In this document: positions 12,980 through 26,100 of the stretch, piece by piece
Position numbering within the stretch: position 1 is the first letter of the stretch
How the letters are laid out: the number at the start of each line of letters is the position of its first letter
Assembly (NCBI RefSeq): GCF_000150275.1
Contig: NW_002060949.1
Location: 2,787,836-2,851,835 of the forward strand
Length of the DNA: 64,000 nucleotides
DNA from: Trichoplax adhaerens
Lineage: Eukaryota; Animalia; Placozoa
Reading direction: 5' to 3'
Program-made: the position numbers and the translations under genes
Notes under the pieces: generated by a model
The model's input: the letters and a program-made list of their open reading frames with translations, nothing else
Told to the model about the DNA's origin: nothing
Database searches by the model: none

Positions 12980-15539
12980 TTAAGATGGTAAATTAAAACT
13001 AGTAAGTTCCTTGTTCCATCCAAAAAAGCTTGTTGGTAAACCTGCTGCTTGACGCTGACGAGTAGCTACGGATGTAAACGATGAAATACAATTGCCGATG
13101 AAATAATTGGCTTTACCGAGTATTAAAAGATCTGTCTGGGGTAATTTATTGTTGACGTGAACCACTTTAACCTAGAAAATATTCAATCACACAATCAAAA
13201 GTAACCGGATATAGATACTTAAAGCATCCTTGCGAAAATTTACGTAGGATGTATCATCAAGTAGATATTATAGTTACTGTCATAGCGAGTAAACATATAC
13301 ACATGTAACTTATCTTTAATAAATTTAAAGTAAATTTTTTATCCTTTGATACAACTATAGTTTACTACATATAATACCTTTTTCTTTTGCAAATGTTTCG
13401 TCAATTTTTCAATCATGGGGTTATGATCAGTTGCTACATAGACATACTTGGCTTTTATTTTATTCACAGCTTTCTTGACACGTTTTAGTATTTCCTTATC
13501 ACTTGGAAAACATAAATCCGGGTTGACATCTTCCTTTTTTGGATATCTACCTAAGCATTGCGGCGATTCCATATAATGGCCAACCTCCATAGCTGCAGTC
13601 ATTGATTTACATGCATTTTCCTGTATAAATGAAATTACGTGAAATTAAAAATGATAGAGGAAAAGTTTCAGCATAGAATATGGCATATCTAGAGTTCAAT
13701 AAAAATTACCCAATCTATCCCATTTCTTAAATGAATGCCAACATAAGCACCATCTGGCATATATTGCTGAATAACTTCATCAGCTGTTTTATTCATTTCC
13801 TTGGTCCATATCAAATACCTGTGTAAAGGTCTATCAGCATCAGCTACTGGAAAGTTTGCAGGGGCACCTCGAAGCGCAAGAACAGGATGTTTCGAAGCAG
13901 GAAATCTAATATAGTGTTGAGATTACATAGATAAATTGAATGCATATCTTACACTAGCATAGCACATTACTTAAGCTAATAGATATGATTTTGACGATAT
14001 CAATAGTTTGCAGGCAAATTTTCATAACTAAAACTTACGTTTCGTGCCACTGTTGTACTGATTGTGGATATGATGTATCGTACGATAAGAAGTAGCGTAC
14101 ATAATCATCGAAGTCAATATTGAAATGATCCCAAAAGTAGGCGAACGAATGCTCTTTAAGTTGACACTTTGCATCTGAGCTAGGAGGTAGCCAACAATAG
14201 CCTCGACGTTGACCTTTAGGCCAATATTTCGGTGCCAACTCTTTCATAAATTTTTCCATAGATATTACTCGATGAAATTTCTGTATGGTCTCTAATTCAA
14301 AAAAGTCTGTAAAAGGAATATGTACCTTTGAAAGTAAAACAGAAACACAGTGTCAAGCCTAAACACGGCCTATACAAGACCCTATATAGTAATCGAATTA
14401 AATAATACTATAAAAATTTTGTAAGGCATTTAATCATCAGAATACAAAATCAAAAGGTTATCATTAGTTCAAATTTACATCAGAGAATTTTCTCTAAAAC
14501 GATCAAAGTATATCTCTACTATAATATTATCGCATAGATGAAAGCTGCAACCCATTCCATGCTACGGTAACAACTATCTAAAACGTAGCCAACAACAACT
14601 ACGATACTCATTTCATTGCATAATAAGTTAAATTTGGATGTACCTCTTGACGAAAAGGAGGCAAGACTAGAGTACGATTGATGCCTTTTGCGAAGCGAAA
14701 TGCACCCAAGAAGTGAGCAGCTTGATTTCCAAAACGACCTAGAATGGATTTGTAATAAACAAACTGTTATCAACTGAATTTATACTAATATCCTAGCTGC
14801 AATCACACATTAATTTTGCATTCGCATGTATAACTGACGTCATTTTCCATAACTTACAAATAAAGCTTTATTCATTGTTATATTCTAAGTTGCTCTTCAT
14901 TATTAATAATTGTATAATCAGAGCTCATTAATCCTATCCAATGATTTTTAACCCTTAATGAACGCATATCCGTTCGTCTCGGCCATTGCACAAATGATGA
15001 CTTAAAGGGCACAATCAACAGGCGGTCAATGAAGTTGACGAGTTTAACGATTTAGAGTTTATTAAATTAAATTTCACTATTTCATAATAAACGATCTTCA
15101 TACCATAGCATAGCACAACTGATGAAAAATGATCAATCTTACTGGTCTATACCCTATAGTAATAACTCGAATGGTACTATGTACGTGAGACTGCTATTGA
15201 TATANNNNNNNNNNNNNNNNNNNNNNNNNNNNNNNNNNNNNNNNNNNNNNNNNNAACTACTGATCCATTAATCAATTCTTATTGGTATAGTCGATATATG
15301 ATAGCTAATAATTATATAATAGTAGTTAAGTTCATTATCTTCCATCAATACAATGGATCAGTTTAAGCTGACTTACCCATGCAAGGGCAGTATATAAGGT
15401 ATCCATTAGGATCATTAGGAGGAATTAAACTAGCAGGGCCGAATTCAACTTTTCCTGGAACTTCGAATGGATCGGTTGCTTGCTGATCACACACCGATAT
15501 ACCAAGCAATAGTGAAATAACCGAAAGCCAGTAAATCAT
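12980..15539 (-). CDS. POFUT1: GDP-fucose protein O-fucosyltransferase 1, 6 coding exons
   Basis: Signal peptide [17 protein letters not shown]. Motifs seen: [13 protein letters not shown]|[19 protein letters not shown]; [14 protein letters not shown]; [20 protein letters not shown]; [12 protein letters not shown] (catalytic Arg); MESPQC; YVATD; [20 protein letters not shown]. All match the GT65 POFUT1 family, and splice phases are consistent. Confidence 0.96.
15205..15254. other. Assembly gap (50 N) in POFUT1 intron 1
   Basis: Run of N. Confidence 1.
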
Positions 15540-15744
15540 GGTACACAATGAACGTCTTTACCAGAAAGTCTACAGCTATTCAATATTTTTAAATCGTAGC
15601 AATTAATATTCTTATGTGAATGACTGATGCAGTTGCAGACATTACTATAATTGAGAAGGCCAACAAGTCAGTGGTTGGATCTTCTTTAATCTGTCGTTTT
15701 TGACAGTAAACTGATTACATATGAAGTTCCTCTATTTCGGACTA

Positions 15745-16981
15745 TCGCAAATGTAGTTCAGTAAAGTAGAATAAACTGGCTAACAATGGACGTACTTTGA
15801 TACATCTCTTTATTAAACAAACTTATCATTTTGACTTTAATCTAGCAGATTATACCGACTTCGGTCTAATACCGATACAAATACGTGTCCGAAATTAATT
15901 ATTGCAATGTAGTTCAATAACGCAGAATAAAACAGCTGGCAATGCAAGCACTTTTATGCAATCTCTGAGAAATATGCTACTTTAATTTTACTTTAGCCTA
16001 ACCAAGTGTACTAACTTTCGTCTAACATCGATGTAATATGTGTCCTGGAATCAAATAAAGCGTCTTCCAACATTACGTCAAGATAAAAATTTTGAAAAAA
16101 CTTCACATTAACCTTGATACATACGATATAAGTAAGTTCGTCGGCAGAATTACCGTATCAAGGGTTGTATTACTGTATTTACATTCAGTCTAAAATTACT
16201 TAACTTATTACAACAGAATCTAACCGTCAACTGTATAAGTAAGTATCATAACCTTAATCTTATGCTATTTGAGAGCTGCATTACAAGAATTATAATTTTT
16301 TTGTAAAGCTTCACATTATTGCATCTCGTCAACTTCTGTTAATATTCTGTGTATTATGTTAATTGTATTCTACCGATATACCATAGGTTCGTCTGTTGAA
16401 TTATAGTACCAAGGATTGTTTACCTTCAGTCTAAAATTATCCAATTCTCAATTAATCTTATAAGCGAATCTTACGATGTACGAGTATATGTTATAAACGT
16501 TAATCTCAAGCTATTTGCAGACTGTGCGACAGTCCTATATATCGAGCTACTTCATTTATAGTTCAATAAAAATAGAATAAAATGGTTAGTAATGTAAATA
16601 CTTTTATGCATCTCTTAGAAACTATAACCATTTTAATTTTAACCTAGTACGCTATTAACTTAGGCTTCATCACCGATGCAAATACACATCCTACATGTCC
16701 AACCATCGCAAACGTAGTTCAACTAAAGCAGAATACGCAACAAATGGCTAACAAATGGCTAGCAATGCAAGTGCTTCTATACATGTCAGAGAAAGCTCTC
16801 CTTTTAATTTTAACCTAGCAAATTATACTAGTAGGCTTTGATTTTTGGTCCAATCATCGTAAATGTAGTTCAATTAAAGCAAAATACGCAACAAATGGCT
16901 AGCAATGCAAGTGCTTCTATGCATGTCCGAGAAAGTTTTCCTTTTAATTTTAACCTAGCAAATGATACTAGTAGGCTTTGC
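15745..16981. repeat. Degenerate tandem repeat cluster: five copies of a ~125-160 bp unit interrupted by two copies of a second unit
   Basis: Unit A ('tgtagttca..aaagcagaata..tggctagcaatgcaag..ttttaattttaacctag') starts near 15745, 15903, 16556, 16705 and 16857. Unit B ('gttcgtc..gaatta..caagg..ttcagtctaaaatta..ttaatct..gctatttg') starts near 16125 and 16376. Confidence 0.8.
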
Positions 16982-17567
16982 TTTAAAATCATGCATATAA
17001 ATAGAAAGAAATGCTGCTATAGAGACCATCGACGTACATGAACTATAGAGTCTGCAGCACTTTACTTTAGAGATCCGATGTAAATAGTAGCCATTACAAT
17101 CGATCCTCCAGTATCTGGTGCCTTACCTTGAATAAATTAGTCGTTGTATTGAAGGATTGCAACTAGATTTTGGTTAATTTCAGCCGTTTATGCCTTAATA
17201 TACTCAAAATATTCGCTGACAGTTAAAGCTAGCAACTTTTACCCCAAGAGTGATGGCCACGTTAGCAGCAAACCAGCAATGATGTTATGCATTACTAAAT
17301 AGGAAATCTACAGACTACAGTACAGTAGAGTCCATTAGAATTCTAGGTCATGCACCGAACCATGGACTAACCTATATGAAATTGTCCCTAAAGATGGAGA
17401 CTGCAGACTCATATCAGAATGACTGATTGTAAGCCATACAGTAGCATCGGAGTTGCCAGTGCCGTATAGGGCACACTACTCAACTCAGTATAGTCAAGTG
17501 TTGATTTATTTATTATAGGGAAATAAGTCGTTCCTATTAAGGAGCGCTAGCTAAATGCCTGGAATTA

Positions 17568-18426
17568 GGCTAGAAGTAGGCAACTTTAGCACTTATGGCT
17601 TATATGGATTGATTACTCATTAATGAATTATACTATAACCTGGACACTGTACTACTACTAGCCTAAATTAGACGATAAACAACTATAGTGCTAGTTGAAT
17701 TAGATAGCCTTAATACTTATGGAGCTTACTCATACGGATGCGCTTTGGATTGACTATGTAGCTAATGATAATTATGCATTAGAGTAATGAATTGCGTTAT
17801 AACTCAAATTGTACAATAGTCTCAATTGATACCATAAACGACTATAAGTATTCGGCTAGAAGTAGGCAACTTTAGCACTTATGGCTTATATTGATTGATT
17901 ACTTATTAACGAATTATACTATAACCTGGACACTGTACTACTACTAGCCTAAATTAGACGATAAACAACGATAGTGCTAGTTGAATTAGATAGCCTTAAT
18001 ACTTATGGAGCTTACTCATACGGATGCGCTTTGGATTGACTATATAGCTATTGGTAATTATGCATTAGAGTAATGAATTGCGTTATAACTCAAATTGTAC
18101 AATAGTCTCAATTGATACCATAAACGACTATAAGTATTCGGCTAGAAGTAGGCAATTTTAGCACTTATGGCTTATATTAATTGATTACTTATTAACGAAT
18201 TATACTATAACCTGGACACTGTACTACTACTAGCCTAAATTAGACGATAAACAACGATAGTGCTAGTTGAATTAGATAGCCTTAATACTTATGGAGCTTA
18301 CTCATACGGATGCGCTTTGGATTGACTATATAGCTATTGGTAATTATGCATTAGAGTAATGAATTGCGTTATAACTCAAATTGTACAATAGTCTCAATTG
18401 ATACCATAAACGACTATAAGTATTCG
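17568..18426. repeat. Tandem repeat of 3 near-identical 286-bp copies
   Basis: 'ggctagaagtaggcaa' starts at 17568, 17854 and 18140. Copies differ by only a few substitutions. Confidence 0.97.
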
Positions 18427-19477
18427 TTATATCGCTAAGGGTGGCCACTGGGCCTTTCAATTTTGATTTGATGTAATACTCAGATGAAAATTGAATAAAC
18501 ATAGAATCTTTATAGAGTTTTCTACACAGCCATTTTGATTGTTACATTTTTTTATAACGGTAGTTATTGCGTTTGCAAGCAAACGCAAGCGATCTTTAGA
18601 CACATTATAATGATTGGTATAGAATTGATCACAGTACTAAGGACATTGTGCCGCACTGTAGATATCTTACAGTAACTGCTAATCTTAACTTGGTATGTCC
18701 ATCACCGTACATTAGTTATCATAATGTGCTTTGGACCATTAACTAATCTTAATATAGCATAGTACATTACTATTACCGGGATATATATAATATCGAATAA
18801 TAACACTATCTGTTAATTTTATTAACAAATTGTGCATAAACGTATATTTGACAGTTTCGCTTACCAGCCTTAACAAAGCATTAATACTATATATAGTAAC
18901 CATCCTTATTCGGCAAACATACTAATACGAAAGTTACTTAACGAAATTTGAATTGGTATAGAAATGAATGATCTCTAGGGTTTATGTGAATATTATTGAG
19001 AAGGTATTAGTGATAGATACACATCAGTAGGTACTATGAGTTCTATTGCTCTCATGCAATCCGTAGTGTTACCCTATTGTAGTTCCCCTGTCCCGGTTAT
19101 TTATGATTGCCATATATCATAAAATAAAAAAGTTTCTAAGAGGATAATATTAGTTAGTCACCGATCTGATAGGCGAAAGCGAAGTGAACAAGGCGGAAAT
19201 GCACGATCAGTGTACATTAAATCAATCTCTAAGTAATATCAGGAATTCTGAAGTAGATAGTACTCCTAGAGATCAGAATCAGTCAGCAGGTTATCTTAGG
19301 AGAAATTATCATCATCGCCAATTACATCGAATAGGAAGATTAGGTGATATTGACTCCATAGCAACAATCGATGATTTGGTGATGTGCGAATACAGTAGTT
19401 TATACCCATATCTAGCAATAAATTTCATTTATACATTATCGTAAACAGTCAGCAAAGCGACGGGAGTTTGTACTAGT

Positions 19478-19635
19478 ACTAATTAAATTAGATAGCCTTA
19501 ATATTTCTGTAGCTTACTCATATGGGTGCGCTTTGGATAAACTATATAGCTATTGGTAATTATACACTAGAGTAATGAATTGAGTTATAACTCAATCTGT
19601 ACAACAGTCTAAATTGATACTATAAACGACTATAA
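19478..19635. repeat. Diverged partial fourth copy (second half) of the 286-bp unit
   Basis: 'aattagatagccttaata..agcttactcata..tgcgctttgga..agagtaatgaattg..ataaacgactataa' matches the second half of the unit. Confidence 0.88.
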
Positions 19636-20177
19636 AGCCTATAGTAGAGTTCAACCTAACTGCATGGATAGGCAAATTGCAGTAGATGAGTTCCTATGAA
19701 AACATTCGAAATTATACTTTGCTTGAATTGATCATATTTAGTATCGAATTTTTATATAAAACCTAATTTTCATACTCTTACAATACTATAATATACTCGA
19801 GTATACATATATAACATAACATATATATATATTAAACTCCTAACGACGATCAGGGATTAAACGAACAATTTTTTCTAAATCGTCTATATGTCCATTATTA
19901 GCTAGTTGGTATCTGGTATCAGATCGTGTTATTACTATATTGATATTCGCAAAATACAGAGTTATTACAGTACATAATGATTAAATTATAATCATACAAT
20001 TAACTAATTATATATGTAATGGAATGATGATCATTCTTGACGATAGATGTACGTAACTAGTATATACTTTATATACTAATAAATTTAATAAAGCTAATTT
20101 GTCCTATAATTGTTCACTTTTCCTTAAATCAATAATTGTAGTACAGTATATGAGTAAATTAGTAACATAATCGCAAT

Positions 20178-23100
20178 CTAATCCGTCGGCTGGTTAAGAA
20201 TAGTCTCATTTTCTTCCGGAAAACTGAAAGCACTAATCACCGTATTACAAGAAGGAGTCCCAGAAGGATGCCGAAGAATGGATGTTCCCTATTAGTACCG
20301 CAGAAATTAATAGACAAATACAGCCAATAATACACTAGAAAATCTTAAATATGACTTCAGGACATAAACATCATCACTAGTATTATAAATTGATGTCAAC
20401 ACTAGAAAATAGTGTGTAGATAATGATGAATATATGAGGACTGTATTAATTGATAGAGTACAATTAATTTCTTCGGTAGAAATACTTACAGTATACAAGC
20501 GTTGTAAGCCAATATCATCTAGAATTGATTGAATAAAGCATATATTTATACGTTACTGTAGTAACCTTCATATCAATAATAGTATGATATAAGTACCAAA
20601 TTCATCAAAATAACTTACCGTCATTATCCATGGAGATGCTGCTAGCTCGTGCATGCTGTATTTCATGATCGGCCATAGCAAAACTAGTAACATTGGTTTT
20701 CTTTCTTACAGCCTAAGATAGATTAGAATGGAAAAGATAAACTTAAAAAGGATAGTAAAGTCATATTAGGAATACTAAGACTAGCTTCTTACAATGGCCG
20801 CGCATAAGATAGTTTCATTACAGTACAAAAAATAAAATATACTGTACGCTATGCTTAACCGTGTAAACATTCGTACCTTCAACATCGATGGACCGCTGCT
20901 GGATTCATATCTAAACTTATTGGCACGACGAAGAAGTGTAGATCGAATCTATGGATATTACAACGCATTTTTATGTTTTAAGAAAAACAGCGATAATCAT
21001 GCAATATCAACTTTACTACTTTATGTGGCAATGGAAGATAATCTCAGTGAATCAGATGCCTGTACAACAGCACAAATTCTATACGGTACCTCTGTATTCA
21101 GAAGGCAGTGCATGATAAAGAAGGAAACTCCCTATAATTTATAACAAAATGAATCCATCTAAATATATATATATCTGACTCATAATAATTTCATTTTTCT
21201 CTTATTTTATTGTAGCCAATAATTATCATACGTTCTTAAAACTATTAGTCTTAATTACCATTTTAAAACTTACCTGTAATCCGTTAAATATAACAAAAAG
21301 ATAACTAAAAAATATTGTATTAGCATCAATTGAAAGTATTCCAAACAGCCAAGTTAAACCCAAAATTGGTAGTAAAACAGCAATCGCTTTAGCACTAGAT
21401 CTATGGAACAACATTAGAAGGCGTACTATAGAGTAAATCATGTCATTCAATTTTAATAAACTGCTTACATACAGTAATAATATCAATAGAATACTAGTAC
21501 GAAAGTTGCACCTTTAACCGTAAATCAATTTACTGTAACTAGTGTTTATTTTCAAAATAAATTATACATTTGACCGAAAATTAGACCATACGTTGGAAGT
21601 TATTATGTATAATCTTACTTAAAACTTTTCCAACGCCCTATACTCCTGGCACTGACTTGGAAAGCTGCTTTTGATGCAGCGATACGAATCACGATCAGTA
21701 AAATAATGAAATTAACCTATTGGATGGGTAATACGAGTATACAATAAGAAAAAATAAGATTTAACATATTTCTTACTTTTAAATATTGCAATTTTTATAG
21801 AATCCATGACAGTGTAAAATCTATTAGCAAGTGAATAATAAAGACAGAACTAAGAAACATACAGCAATAATTGCTATTGCGGGACCAACAAACGCCCAAA
21901 TTAGTCCACTATTAATGGATAGCCAGCATCTATAGTAAATTATTGGAATAATAAGTTTTACATATTTATCTTAGATACTACTGGGAAAACAACAAGTAGC
22001 ACTAATTGCTACAGCAAGAAACATACATTTTATTGATGCCATAATATTCTAAGCGTAATCCTACAGATACAGATACGATAACGGTGGGGATTCCTAAGAG
22101 GAAGATTAAATGTCCGTATCGATCAGCTATATTCGTACAAAGTCTATCATGAAGTACTTGAATCTGCTTAAAATTTTTATAAGTTATCAAACGTAATCTA
22201 TCAGGGGATCTGGCAATTGTTTGTAATCAATGACAGCACTTAAGTTATAGTAGACGGCTTATAAATCAAGATTTATCTAATAACGTAAAGCGTATTCTAT
22301 AGCTACAGAAACAAGCATGGAAAATACATTCAAGTAGATTATACCCTTAGAATCCTTGTAATCATTTTTTTAATTTTACAGCTACTATTAGCAAAAATTT
22401 CCTTTTCTAGTATTACGAACAAATCACAAGCGATTGGTATGGATATATTAACTAAATTATTGACATCTATAGGAAAATTGATTTATTTTAATTGAAATTT
22501 TATAGCCTATTTTCGTATCGATTTAAATTTTATTGAAAAATTTGTTAATTCTAAAGTAGTCATAATAAATAGTTAAAAACTTGAAGCATAAACAATTTTA
22601 CGCACTTTAAAAATTAGTAAAGATATCAGGATAAATGAACTTACCCCACCCTAATATATAATACCAGCGCAACTTTGGTTTAGTGGTATAAACGGTTACA
22701 ATTTGAAAAAAAAGATGAAAACCTTCGGCAAGCATCCACGAAAAGATAGCAGAAAACAGAAAGTGCAAGACGATCGCCACGATTTTACAAAGAATCTGAA
22801 ATTAGATGGCAACAACAGTTCAGTTATGGCTTAATTGATACTTTACGTGGCATATTTTCAACTTCTACTATATTTAAGATGTGAACTGCAAATTCAAAGA
22901 AAGTAAAATATCTAGGTGACGTCTTAAACTTTATATAGGATCATAACTCAACATGTAATAAAAATTTGCAGCTAACTAAAAAATAAGCAAATATTATAAC
23001 TTTTCCTTTGAATCTATCAATGTATCAAAAGCAGTTTAAAGGAAAATTGAAAGTGTTCAATAACAGCTATAATCTTGCACATAATTTAAGCCAAAAGTAA

Positions 23101-26100
23101 TACTAGAAATTCAACTAAGATTTACAATACCCCTGAAAATAATTTGCAGTGTTAGTACCGGTAGTTAGTAATTTTACTGTATATCTGGATTGTTACAGCG
23201 AGATATGGGCACTTAAGTTAACTACAACTGTAAAGGAAACATAATTTAATTAAAATAGAAAATAGAAGAGTACAGTATTAGCGAATGGATCTTTTACCTC
23301 ATGATTAATAAATAAATCACTTAATAGGATAATGCATTGAGATGAGACTATAGCGACGACTAAATTGAAGTGAATATGTAGTCTTTCTGAATTCAATCTG
23401 TGTAAATAAAATGATAGATAAAATGGGTAAGAAAATATGAAGCGGTATAAAAAATGTGATCCGGAGAAAGGATGCAATGAATTTTATACATAAGCATCCA
23501 GAAATGGACCTATAATAGGATACGGTTAATCTTAGTTATCCTATTCATTTTTAACTAAAATGGAATCGAACTTTGTTAATGACAGGAAAACAATGGACAT
23601 CAAAAGCGCGACCATGGAAGAGCCACAACATATCTGTGTTAACAATGTGAGAGTCTTGGTATGTTCATCGGAGATCTATTAAGATAATTGATCAACTAAA
23701 GATACTGTCGATCTGGATTTCAACGTTCAACATAAGCATAATGTTTAACAGTAAGTTCATTTTAGTCTACATTATAAGGAATGATATAGCTACAGGTAGT
23801 GAATTAATAAACTACGACAGCCATTGATATAAATGACTCAGTTCTACTTTCTACTTCTCCTTTTTTTAGTATTGCCATGAGAATTCATTTTATTTTAATC
23901 TTGATTAACCTTAACAGTTGAAACCCTCATTAACATTGCAAAGTGAGTAAGATGGCTGCACTTGCATTGGACATGAGTTTTATTGGAATTGCCTACTACA
24001 CAACCAAAATCGGACCAATTGCTAAAATAAAATTATACAAATTGCAGTCACATAAATAAATCGTTTTAGCAACGATTAGTCATAGTCTCATAAAATTGAA
24101 CATGATTTATGTTGCTAATGACCATAAAAATCCATGGAGCCACTATAACATTTTACTATATAAACCTTTTCTAAAAGTTTGATACAATTATTTCTTAACA
24201 TATCCAAATCAGTCTTCCACATGTTAAAATTAAACTGTCAATTCGATTATTTCGCAAAATCTTAACTTCAACTTCTTATTAGGGTATTACATTAAATCAA
24301 GAATTGAACATTTCTAGACACCTTTCAGTCAAAGCTACAAATCTTTTCAACAATTTGAATTATAGAGTCATACTAATTTCACAAACAGTAAGGCTTAAGT
24401 ACTGTAGAATTACATTATAATCTTTGATACTTATTCAGCAAATTGAGTAAAGTAATATGATGGATTTTACAGTACTTAATCAACATTCGTCCAAGTATGA
24501 CGATAAATTACCGTATCGGCAATAGGTTTCACATATTTAATAATAATCAATATGAAATTACCCATTTTGAAAGTCCCAAAAGACACATGAAGGTTTATAA
24601 TTCGAAGAGTAATTGGTCTAAATACAAATAGTTATAAAAATAGCTTTATAGTTTAGATTAAAATTGCAGATTTTATAGGTTATAGCAAAAAAATTTTCAA
24701 ACTACGGCAATACCATATCAATCTCATTTCTACTGAATTACGTTCGAAAGCAACATACAGTTTCGATTACGTAGTTTTATACTAAATACTGCATAAGATA
24801 ATCCAATAAATAGGAAACATACCTGTTGATAGGGTAAAGTATAAGTAAAAGGTTGCGAATGATTAAGTTGAGCTGGCGGATCCATAGAACAGCCAATAAC
24901 CATGGAATTAATATAGCCATCGCTATCAATCGCCCCTTGGCTAGCATAAAATAGAAAAGCGTTATGAAAATAGTTTAATTAATCCCTATTCTGCAGTAGA
25001 ATAATAGATTTATTTTCTACTCTTCCACTGGTTTACCTGGTTGTAGGCGTTTTCTCCTCATTTGTGATATATTGTAAAGCGGAAAATTTGCTAATTGCTA
25101 TAACTGGTGCATTGGCTAGGAGCGGATTAGTAAAGTTAAGATACATTCGAAATGCTCGAATTATTGACATTATATAGCTAAAGCAATTATTCAAGTGTAT
25201 AGTAGTAAAGCTAGTAAGCAATAGAAATCTCCAAAGCAACAACATTGATTCTATTTTATAGTGTAAAGTCTACGGCTTGGTCCTCCATTAAATGTGCTTA
25301 AATATATCTCTGAAATACGATAGCGGTTGCTAGTTTACAAAGTGAAACAATTCTGGTTATACTCTATAAAAGAAACTTTCGAACTATAAAAATAAAATGG
25401 GTTCAAGAATTTTTTTTTCCATTACCGTTATTATTATTCCCAATCGCTGTTGCAGGTAGTGAAAACTGGTAGCCTTGGCTAGCTATCTTATAACCGGAAC
25501 GTCTAAATTGATTTGAAGATACTTTCTCAACCTGGATAGCTAGATCGATTATATGGAATGTGTATTAGAAAATAATCATTCCCAGGAAGTAGTTTTGTTT
25601 TTACTGCTAGGATTTTGTGTCTGTTATAAACCCATAAACGTACTCATTTCCGGGGTTTTGGTAGTGAAAATTTGGCCTTCTAATAAATTATTAGCAACTT
25701 TTTTAGCCATGTCATCCGTTAACTTTAAAATGACCGATGTTGGAGAAAAATTCTATGGATAGAATTGACATTTAATGAGACATGCATTACAAAATAATTT
25801 TTCATCAAAACTTATCCTACTCCCATCGAGGTATATGCTAATATTTGTAGCGAGAAAAAATCAATATGGATAGAGGTTATCAATTTCTATTTCCATGTAT
25901 AACCTCATCCCTTTGGATCATTCTTTTTATTTTAGTAATTAATAACGCCGAAAGAGAAAAAAATCACTATTGTATAGAAGATATGTATCTTACTTAATAT
26001 TTTGCTATAAAGGGCTCATAGCTAGCAAATAGGTAATAAAATCAATTAGTACTAAAACTATTTCGATCTTTTCAATTCGGTCCTACGTACTGTAACGATT

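Noticed and set aside
17238-17292. Minus-strand MHNIIAGLLLTWPSLLG as a secreted-peptide exon
   Set aside because: It ends at a stop codon and has no plausible downstream coding exon.
19184-19444. 86-aa plus-strand ORF as a small gene
   Set aside because: No recognisable motif or supporting exon chain, and the length is compatible with chance. It cannot be excluded without RNA data.
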